A stretch of 64,000 nt of DNA from Candidatus Hydrogenedentota bacterium (GTDB lineage Bacteria > Hydrogenedentota > Hydrogenedentia > Hydrogenedentales > SLHB01). Position numbers and translations under genes: made by a program. The notes under the pieces were generated by a model. The model was not told the DNA's origin. It saw nothing but the letters and a program-made list of their open reading frames with translations, and did no database searches. Of the stretch, positions 56,978-64,000 are shown piece after piece. The stretch's first letter is position 1; every line of letters begins with the position of its first letter. The stretch is taken from assembly GCA_963668025.2 (NCBI GenBank), contig CAXXTH010000017.1, positions 1,536,001-1,600,000 on the forward strand. Reading direction: 5' to 3'.

Positions 56978-57948
56978 GGCGGTTTATGCGCGGTTTCGTG
57001 AAATATATAACGCGGACCCATAAAGACATTCCCATAGCAGCGGTGCTCTTAGCGCCGTCCATCGTGTTATTGGGAGTATTTGGCATTGCGCCCCTCTTCA
57101 TGTCGATTTATTTGAGCTTGCTCGACGGACGCGGGGCTGCGGTGCATTTTGCCGGGCTGGCGAATTATTACCATGTTCTTCAAAATGAAGGATTTTGGGA
57201 AAGTGTTTTAGTGACGATATATTACGTTGCAGGCACTGTGCCCATCACATTGGCGATTAGCTACATGATCGCATCGGGGCTATTTCATATGCTGAGATTT
57301 CGCGGGCTGTTTCGCACGCTCTATTTTCTGCCTTATGTCACCTCGGTGGTGGCGGCGGCCACGATCTGGCGTGTGCTGCTCCATCCGCAGTTTGGCCCCC
57401 TGAATACGTTGATTGGCCATCTCGGTGTTGATATGGCGTCCTATCCCCAATGGCTGAATGAACCGAAAGGAGCGCTGCATTTAGTTACCGGCGGATTTAT
57501 CCCCTCCCGCGTGGGGCCAAGCCTCGCATTATGCTGCATAATTCTCTTTGATATATGGCATAACAGCGGTTTCATGGTCGTGATCCTGTTGGCGGGGCTT
57601 ACCGCCATCCCAAAGGAACTGGAAGAGGCCGCGACCATTGACGGCGCGGGATGGCTGCATCGAACGCGGCACGTGGTATTGCCGCTGCTATCGCCGACCT
57701 TATTTTTTCTACTCATTGTCAGTGTCATCCGGGCATTCCAAGGATTCAACAGCTTTTATGCCCTCACGGGCGATGGGCGGGGCCCGTATGACAGCACGCA
57801 AAATGTGACCGTCTTCATTTTCTCTAATCTATATGTTTACCAGCGTGTTTATTATGGCGCTGCCGCGGCGACTTTGCTGGCCGTGGCGATTGTGCTGCTG
57901 ACGCTCGTGCAATGGCGCTATGCCGGGCGGCGGGTGCATTACGAATGA
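56974..57948 (+). CDS. Carbohydrate ABC transporter permease
   Basis: FAGLANY, FLPYVTS, EAA loop EEAATIDGA. Confidence 0.92.
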   Translation: MRRFMRGFVKYITRTHKDIPIAAVLLAPSIVLLGVFGIAPLFMSIYLSLLDGRGAAVHFAGLANYYHVLQNEGFWESVLVTIYYVAGTVPITLAISYMIASGLFHMLRFRGLFRTLYFLPYVTSVVAAATIWRVLLHPQFGPLNTLIGHLGVDMASYPQWLNEPKGALHLVTGGFIPSRVGPSLALCCIILFDIWHNSGFMVVILLAGLTAIPKELEEAATIDGAGWLHRTRHVVLPLLSPTLFFLLIVSVIRAFQGFNSFYALTGDGRGPYDSTQNVTVFIFSNLYVYQRVYYGAAAATLLAVAIVLLTLVQWRYAGRRVHYE

Positions 57949-58757
57949 TGCGCAGACTCCTGATATTTCTCCTATTGGCAGGAGGAGCCGTGCTGACGAC
58001 CTTCCCGTTTATATGGATGGTGGGCACGGCGTTCAAGACGTATCCCGAGTCGATGGAGCCGTCATTGCGCGTATTTCCCGCCGAATGGCAATGGCGGAAC
58101 GTGGCGGACACCTTCCAAGCCGCCCCTTTCGCGGTCTATTTTTTCAATACATTTACCGTAACGGCCATCATTGTGATTATCGTGCTGTTCACTTCGATCA
58201 CGGCGGGCTATGCGTTCGCCCGGCTGCGGTTCCCAGGACGCGACCTGCTATTTGGTCTCGTTTTGGCGACGATGATGGTTCCCTTTGAAGTCACGTTGAT
58301 CCCCAATTTTGTGTTGATCAACTGGCTGGGTTGGTACGACACCTATGCCGCACTCATCGCGCCATGGTGTGCGAATGCATTTTCCATCTTCCTTATGCGC
58401 CAAGCCTTTCGCGGCTTGCCCAACGACTATTTCGATGCGGCGGCAATAGATGGATGCGGGCATTTCCGTTTTTTGTTTTGGATTGCAGGGCCTTTGGTGA
58501 AACCCATGGTGGTGACGGTAGGCCTTTTCGCCTTCCTGGGCAGTTACAATGCGCTGGTGTGGCCGCTGGTGGCCACGGGAACCGAGCAGATGCGCGTGGT
58601 GCAAGTGGGGCTTACCGTGTTCTCGAGCGCGGATGGCGTGCGATTCAATCTGCTCATGTGCGCGTCTACGATTGTTATCTTGCCGACAGTGGCGTTATAC
58701 TTCGCCGCACAACGGTATTTCTTGGAAAGCTCTTTAGGGGCAGGGATCAAAGCATGA
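57945..58757 (+). CDS. Carbohydrate ABC transporter permease 2
   Basis: PFIWM, AGYAFARLRFPGR, DAAAIDGC, AQRYF...GIK. Confidence 0.92.
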   Translation: MMRRLLIFLLLAGGAVLTTFPFIWMVGTAFKTYPESMEPSLRVFPAEWQWRNVADTFQAAPFAVYFFNTFTVTAIIVIIVLFTSITAGYAFARLRFPGRDLLFGLVLATMMVPFEVTLIPNFVLINWLGWYDTYAALIAPWCANAFSIFLMRQAFRGLPNDYFDAAAIDGCGHFRFLFWIAGPLVKPMVVTVGLFAFLGSYNALVWPLVATGTEQMRVVQVGLTVFSSADGVRFNLLMCASTIVILPTVALYFAAQRYFLESSLGAGIKA

Positions 58758-60052
58758 GAATCATATGCACTGTTGCCGCCGTCGCTTTAGCCGCAGGGGT
58801 GACTGTTTTGGCGAGTGGCTGCGGCGCGCCAGAAGGATATAAACCCATCGAGTCCGGCAAAGTGCTGTTGTGGGACCGCCAAACGGAGCAAAGCGCCGAT
58901 TTGCTCCAAGGGCTGGTGGCTGATTTCAACCAGCAGGCGCCGGGGATTCCCGTGGAAGCGCAATACAGCGGCGGCTATACGGAAATATTCCAAAAAGTAT
59001 CCGCGAGCATACAGGCGCGTACGGTGCCCGCGATGGCGGTCGCATATGAAAGCATGACGGCCGAATATATCCAGGCGGATGCCGTTGCCGAATTGGATAG
59101 CTTCATCCAGGCTCCACAAACAGGATTCTCGAAAGAAGATTGGGAAGATTTTTTCCCCGTTGTTATCTCAACCAACGTGTATAGCGCCTTTGGCGGGAAG
59201 ATGTATTCATTTCCCTTTTCCAAAAGCGTCTTAATGCTCTATTTCAACAAAAAGGTGCTGGCCCAGGCCGGAATAGCCGAGCCTCCCAAGACATGGGATG
59301 AATTCGTGCAGCAGTGCAAGCAAGTGCATGAACGCACGGGCGGATATGCTTATGCCATATCCGTTGATGCGTCAACTATTGACGGCATGATTTATAGCTT
59401 GGGCGGCGAGCTTGTGAAAGGCAATACGACCTGTTTTGATTCCATCGAGGCTTTTCGTACCTTCGAGATTCTCGAAACACTCATACGGGATCAATCCGGC
59501 TATATGATTCCTAAGGGTTCTTATGATGACCGGGAAGCTTTCGCGCAAGACAAGGTGGCATTCTCCATCCGCTCGAGTTCTGGAATACCATTTGCGAAAC
59601 AGGCCATGGCGGGCCGGATGGATCAGTGGGGCGTGGCTCCCATTCCGCAGGGAGATCCCACGAAGCCCGTGACGGTGTTATTTGGGCCTAATTTGTGCAT
59701 ATTCAACACGACCCCAGAACAGCAGCAGCGCGCCTGGGCGTTCCTCAAGTATTTTACCTCGCCGGAAACCAATGTGCGCTGGGCGCTGGGAACAGGGTAT
59801 GTGCCCATCCGGAAGTCTGCTGCACAAGATCCGCGCATCCAAGAATTTTGGAGAGAATGGGCGTACAATCGCACCCCATTCGATTGCCTTGATTTTGCAC
59901 GCGCTGAACCTAATCTGCCGGGATGGCAGGAAGTGCGCAACTTGATCGAGAAAGTGGAAACAGGCGTCTTAACTGGCCAGCTTACTGCCGCTCAAGCCGT
60001 GCAGGAATTGAAGCAGGGCGCGGACGCCATATTGCTGCGCGCCGCGCAGTAA
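58754..60052 (+). CDS. ABC transporter substrate-binding lipoprotein (UgpB/sugar-binding type)
   Basis: Lipobox LASGC, PFSKS..LYFNK, PPKTWDE, AWAFLKY, TGYVP. Start at 58754 overlapping the upstream stop, not 58331. Confidence 0.9.
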   Translation: MRIICTVAAVALAAGVTVLASGCGAPEGYKPIESGKVLLWDRQTEQSADLLQGLVADFNQQAPGIPVEAQYSGGYTEIFQKVSASIQARTVPAMAVAYESMTAEYIQADAVAELDSFIQAPQTGFSKEDWEDFFPVVISTNVYSAFGGKMYSFPFSKSVLMLYFNKKVLAQAGIAEPPKTWDEFVQQCKQVHERTGGYAYAISVDASTIDGMIYSLGGELVKGNTTCFDSIEAFRTFEILETLIRDQSGYMIPKGSYDDREAFAQDKVAFSIRSSSGIPFAKQAMAGRMDQWGVAPIPQGDPTKPVTVLFGPNLCIFNTTPEQQQRAWAFLKYFTSPETNVRWALGTGYVPIRKSAAQDPRIQEFWREWAYNRTPFDCLDFARAEPNLPGWQEVRNLIEKVETGVLTGQLTAAQAVQELKQGADAILLRAAQ

Positions 60053-60093
60053 CTCGTGAAAGCCGCAATATGCTTGTTTACAGTGTATTGCGG

Positions 60094-60315
60094 CTATTCT
60101 GGCTGATGATTAGCGATCTCGCTTAACGCGTCCGTAATATCCGCTTGGGCTTCGCGCTCCAGTATCTCGAGATCTGTCTTCCGGCGGTAAAACGTTCGCC
60201 GATCCGGAAATCCAAAAAAACCTTTGCATTCCCGCCGCGAAGTTTTTTTACGGCGGTCTTTATGCCAAATCCCATTTTCGTCGCGATAATATCCGGGCCG
60301 AATTTCTTCGCCCAT
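60094..60315 (-). CDS. Small Arg-rich hypothetical protein (73 aa)
   Basis: MGEEIRPGYYRDENGIWHKDRRKK...FPDRRTFYRRKTD...; purine-rich RBS; C-terminal part of the 60094-60651 ORF. Confidence 0.6.
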   Translation of the reverse strand: MGEEIRPGYYRDENGIWHKDRRKKTSRRECKGFFGFPDRRTFYRRKTDLEILEREAQADITDALSEIANHQPE

Positions 60316-60404
60316 GTGCGATCCCCCCCTGGTTGGCTCAAGCCTCTTTCTTCTTGCCATCAGGATACGCTTGCGACAAGTGGCCGTCAAGGTGTGGCAT
60401 CCAG

Positions 60405-61163
60405 TTACGCGTGAGGCCCAATGATAGGGGTGAGCCAGACGAAAATTTGCCCCATGGCTTGGCTGCTTGTATCGAGCAGATCGGTTCCATGGGCGGAGCC
60501 GGCATACTCCCGCATTTCGCATTGTCCTGGGGCGGCTTGTTTTAACTGGCGGGCCGTGGAAGCCGCGAGGGAATCGCCAGTAGCAGCCATAAGCAGGACG
60601 GGCCGTTTGCCTAACTCGATGATGGCGTTTCTCGCGGAAATGCTTGCGCATTCGGGGGCAGGAGAGACGAGGATCACGGCCACGGCTGAAGGCCGATTCC
60701 GGGCATATTCGAGCACAATGGGCGCGGCATTACTTTCCGCTGCAATAGCCAGGTTTTTAGGATCAGCGCCATGGGCTATGAGGGCGTCCATCGCACCATC
60801 CAATGCCTCAAAAGCGTCCTTCAAATCGCCGCTATCAGGCTCCGTGCGCATGGCGTCAATCGAGAGGCAATGCATTCCTTGGAGCTGTGCTTGCCGGCCG
60901 CATGCTTCCCACCGCTTTTGCCCCCCAGCGTAACCTGGCACCAGTATCAGCCCCGGAGGATTGGAAACGCGAGTCGCATAAAAGACAGCGTCTACAGCAG
61001 CTCCCTTCGGGGTGGTTAACCTCAAGGGCTGGGGAGGAATGTCGTGGCGCACCGCCTTCCCGCATGCGCCTAAGGAGCATGCAAGCAGCATAACACCTAT
61101 CAATACGGCGTGCCCACTCCGCTTCACGAAAAAGAAACGCGGCATGCACACTTGAACGGTCAC
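60405..61163 (-). CDS. Alpha/beta-hydrolase-fold lipoprotein
   Basis: Lipobox LGAC, LILVPG, AIAAESNAA elbow, LVSP, PVLLMA..D, GSAHGT. Confidence 0.7.
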   Translation of the reverse strand: MTVQVCMPRFFFVKRSGHAVLIGVMLLACSLGACGKAVRHDIPPQPLRLTTPKGAAVDAVFYATRVSNPPGLILVPGYAGGQKRWEACGRQAQLQGMHCLSIDAMRTEPDSGDLKDAFEALDGAMDALIAHGADPKNLAIAAESNAAPIVLEYARNRPSAVAVILVSPAPECASISARNAIIELGKRPVLLMAATGDSLAASTARQLKQAAPGQCEMREYAGSAHGTDLLDTSSQAMGQIFVWLTPIIGPHA

Positions 61164-61480
61164 GTCAGGATGCTGGTCAGCTTCATGGCCAATCCCATGT
61201 CACCGCGAATCTGAAGGCGGCCGGTGAGAAAAGCAGATTGCCCGCTCATTTTCCCATTGACGATGCTGAGCCAATCGGCGGAGCCGGTCGTGATGGTAAT
61301 GTTAGGAGACTCCGATACGCCCTGGCCAACGGCTGGCGAACCATCTACGATAGAAACATACCATTGCCCGCCGCCATCGCCGGTCACATTGAACTGGAAT
61401 GTCGCCTTCATTCCCGCGATTTTTGTTTTGTCAATGCGCTCTTCCAGCGTACTGAAGAATCCTGCGACTGTGTCCGACAT
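61160..61480 (-). CDS. SCP2 sterol/lipid-binding domain protein
   Basis: FQF.VTG.GGG.W, AFLTGRL.IRGDMGLAMKL. Confidence 0.92.
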   Translation of the reverse strand: MSDTVAGFFSTLEERIDKTKIAGMKATFQFNVTGDGGGQWYVSIVDGSPAVGQGVSESPNITITTGSADWLSIVNGKMSGQSAFLTGRLQIRGDMGLAMKLTSILT

Positions 61481-61661
61481 AATGCTGTTCAGCCTCCCAA
61501 ATTCTGCACGGTAAGCGCTGTTCAGTCCGGTGAAACCGGATTTGAACGGTTGAGCTATTCGTTAAGATTATATACAGCCACGTACTTAGCCATACTTTAG
61601 CATAGTGTGTGGATAGTTTCCAGGAATATAACCAAAGCCGCAGCCGGAAAAGCGGAAGCGG

Positions 61662-63233
61662 TTATAGGCATTCCGCCGCATTGTTTTCGGCTTCTTTAGC
61701 GCTTTCCTCAATGGGAGGAGGAAGGGTCCGGCCGAACAATTCCGTGAGCATATGCAGGCGCGCCGCGATCTCTGGTTTGATGTCGCCATCGAGGAAGCGC
61801 CAGGTCCAATTGCCATTGGCGTGTCCAGGATAGTTCATTCGCCCTTCGCTGCCGATGCCGAGAATATCTTGCAGGGGAAAGACGACTATTTTGGCGACGG
61901 ACGCCATAAGGGCGCGAATGCAGATCCAGTTGAATTCCTGGCCATTGGTGTCTAGATACGCTTGGATATATGCGCGCATGCCTGCCGACTCCGGATCATC
62001 CTGGAGGCTTTTCCACCATCCGAGCGTGGTGTCATTATCGTGCGTGCCGGTATAGGCTGCGAGGTTTTGCTGGTATGTATGCGGAGGAAATGCGCTGTCA
62101 TGGGCGTTTTCGCCAAATCCAAATTGGAGTACGGCCATGCCGGAAAGGCCAAAGCGCTCCCGCAATGCATGGACTTCCGGCGTGATGAATCCTAAGTCCT
62201 CGGCAAGCAGTGGCAGCTCTTCGCCGAAATAATATTTGAATGTATCAAAAATCCATTCGCGCGGCCCTGGAACCCATCGCCCATTGACGGCTGTTTCATC
62301 ACTCGCAGGCACTTCCCAGTAGGCTTCGAATCCACGGAAATGATCAAGCCGTACGAGGTCCACCATGCGCAAGACGGCCCGCAGGCGCTCCACCCACCAT
62401 GCATAACCCGTGTCCGCGAGATAGTCCCAACGATAAATGGGATTTCCCCAGAGCTGGCCGGTGTCGCAGAAATAATCCGGGGGCACGCCCGCGACGACGG
62501 TGGGATTGCCATGCTGGTCAAGCTGGAACATGTGGCGGTTAGCCCAGACATCAGAACTGTCGTGGGCGACATAAATGGGGATATCGCCAAGCAACGTGAC
62601 GCCTTGTTCCGCGCAATGCGCCCGGAGGGCGCTCCATTGCTTAAAAAAGATGTACTGGGCGAACTTTATCGCGCCAATGGCGTTTGCATGCTCGCGCCGC
62701 GCGCCTTCCATGGCGTCTTGAGAACGGAAGGCGAGATCAGGTTCCCACTCAGTCCAGACCGCATAGTTATGCGTTTCCTTGATGGCCATGAAGAGCGCGC
62801 AATCATCGAGCCAGTGGGCGTTGTCGTGGCAAAAAGTGGCTAAAGCGCCGTGCTCTTCATCGGACCCGCCATGGATGGCGTTTTCGTAGGCTTTGCGGAG
62901 TAGCTGGTGTTTCCAAGCGATCACGGCTCCGAAGTCGGCCTTGTTTGCAGGAAAATCCGGCTTGTCATCTAGGTCCGCCTTGCCAAGGAAGCCATCGCGC
63001 ATGAGCTGTTCTGGGCTGATGAGGAGCGGATTTCCGGCTAAAGAAGAAAAGCTCTGGTAGGGTGAATCGCCATACCCCGTGGGGCCGAGCGGAAGCACCT
63101 GCCAAATTTGCTGGCCCGCTTCCGCGAGAAAATCCACGAAGCGCCATGCCTCGGGGCCGATATCGCCTATCCCATAAGGCCCTGGCAGAGACGTGGGGTG
63201 TAGCAAGATTCCACTTGATCTCGTATGCTTCAT
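61662..63233 (-). CDS. malQ: 4-alpha-glucanotransferase (GH77)
   Basis: SGILLHPTSLPG, WQVLPLGP, GVPPDYF..TGQLWGNP, RLDHFRGF, AEDLG, YTGTHDNDT, RMN.PG..NW.WR. Confidence 0.97.
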   Translation of the reverse strand: MKHTRSSGILLHPTSLPGPYGIGDIGPEAWRFVDFLAEAGQQIWQVLPLGPTGYGDSPYQSFSSLAGNPLLISPEQLMRDGFLGKADLDDKPDFPANKADFGAVIAWKHQLLRKAYENAIHGGSDEEHGALATFCHDNAHWLDDCALFMAIKETHNYAVWTEWEPDLAFRSQDAMEGARREHANAIGAIKFAQYIFFKQWSALRAHCAEQGVTLLGDIPIYVAHDSSDVWANRHMFQLDQHGNPTVVAGVPPDYFCDTGQLWGNPIYRWDYLADTGYAWWVERLRAVLRMVDLVRLDHFRGFEAYWEVPASDETAVNGRWVPGPREWIFDTFKYYFGEELPLLAEDLGFITPEVHALRERFGLSGMAVLQFGFGENAHDSAFPPHTYQQNLAAYTGTHDNDTTLGWWKSLQDDPESAGMRAYIQAYLDTNGQEFNWICIRALMASVAKIVVFPLQDILGIGSEGRMNYPGHANGNWTWRFLDGDIKPEIAARLHMLTELFGRTLPPPIEESAKEAENNAAECL

Positions 63234-63307
63234 GACGTGATAGTAAAGATCAGGAAGACGGTTTGCAACTTGTAAGGGAGCGTTTTTTTCAATAGAAAGG
63301 CATAGGT

Positions 63308-64000
63308 ATGGTTAATGCACATATGGGCGTGATGCTGCCTGCGCATGATGGTGAAATCGAAGTTATCACTCAAGAATGGCCTTGGAAGCCTTGCCCGAGG
63401 ACCGTGCGTGCGTATATTTTTTATCCGGGCGGCGGCTTGGCCCAGGTTGGCCCGCGGACGGGAATCATGCTGAGTTTGCACAACTGGGGTGGCGTACGCT
63501 GTATTGGCGCGCCCGATCCCGTCCAGCTTGCCAGCCGGTATGATGTGGTGGCGGTGAGCGTGGATTATCTGCAAAGCGGCCCCTATGATGGAACCGTGGA
63601 TCCTCCATATGATTTTGGCGGCCTGCAAGCCATAGACGCCCTGCGGGCGTTGCGCTGTGTCTTTCATGGGCTCGAACAGGCAGGCAAGCCTTTCGCGCGC
63701 GAACGCATATATGCGACTGGCGGTTCTGGCGGAGCAAATGTTTCGCTCATGGCGAATAAGCTGGCGCCGCGTACCTTCGCCTGCGTCGTGGATATATGCG
63801 GCATGGCCAAACTGAACGATGACATTGCTTATAACTTGCCGGGCGGCAGCAAGTTGAATGCGGGGTATAGCGCCGATCTCTCCAGTCTCCGGTATCTATC
63901 GCCGGGAGCCCAATTGTTGCGATATGTGGGGAATCCCGAGCATTTAGCGGTGATGCGCGCCCTTGGCGCGGAAGCGCGCGTGGTGTCCGTGCATGGCTGT
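63308..64000 (+). CDS. Alpha/beta hydrolase, DUF2920-like, 3' truncated
   Basis: Manual translation: LHNWGG...VDYLQSG...YDFGGLQAIDALRAL...ATGGSGGANV..MANKLAP; reading frame stays open to the window edge. Confidence 0.7.
   Translation, partial: MVNAHMGVMLPAHDGEIEVITQEWPWKPCPRTVRAYIFYPGGGLAQVGPRTGIMLSLHNWGGVRCIGAPDPVQLASRYDVVAVSVDYLQSGPYDGTVDPPYDFGGLQAIDALRALRCVFHGLEQAGKPFARERIYATGGSGGANVSLMANKLAPRTFACVVDICGMAKLNDDIAYNLPGGSKLNAGYSADLSSLRYLSPGAQLLRYVGNPEHLAVMRALGAEARVVSVHGC

Noticed and set aside
58331-58753. 141-aa N-terminal extension of the substrate-binding protein in the ORF track
   Set aside because: It overlaps the permease in another frame; the lipoprotein signal begins at ATG 58754.
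56974-60052. ABC transporter without an ATPase gene
   Set aside because: Common for carbohydrate ABC systems that share an MsiK/MsmX-type ATPase encoded elsewhere; not novel.
63230-63737. Minus-strand ORFs of 145 aa and 90 aa
   Set aside because: They overlap a better supported plus-strand hydrolase starting near 63308 that runs off the window edge.
1-64000. Mobile elements, tRNA/rRNA genes, or a diversity-generating retroelement acting on the giant genes
   Set aside because: No transposase, integrase or reverse transcriptase motifs, no tRNA/rRNA signatures and no template/variable repeat pair were seen by eye; a self dot-plot would be needed to exclude the last fully.

Overview
GC-rich diderm bacterial DNA (kdtA/waaA and two secretins are present). 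CFI-box-CTERM proteins and Gly-acidic dipeptide linkers suggest a lineage such as Candidatus Hydrogenedentes, but this is inference only. About 55 kb forms one co-directional surface-structure supercluster: (i) two large exported proteins with CFI-box-CTERM-type anchors (622-8632); (ii) a type II secretion operon gspC-D-E-F-G-H-I-J-K-L-M (8981-22069); (iii) a type IV filament system with pilB-pilT-pilB-pilC, a pilin, a cassette of enlarged minor pilins ending in a 2630-aa GspK/PilX-like protein, a 2214-aa beta-helix/IPT surface protein, a PilM-PilN fusion, PilO/P-position genes and a TPR-secretin (22458-55579). The remainder is housekeeping: waaA, a sugar ABC transporter, hydrolases, an SCP2 protein and malQ. 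The most unusual signal is repeated nested domain architecture: a lamin-tail domain split inside a giant GspK-like pilin, an IPT array inside a beta-helix/choice-of-anchor-Q module, and Gly/Met or Ser/Gly tracts inside secretin N-domains. There is also a matrixin-like pseudo-protease with an internal anchor and a second signal peptide. All calls come from reading motifs by eye; no database searches were run.
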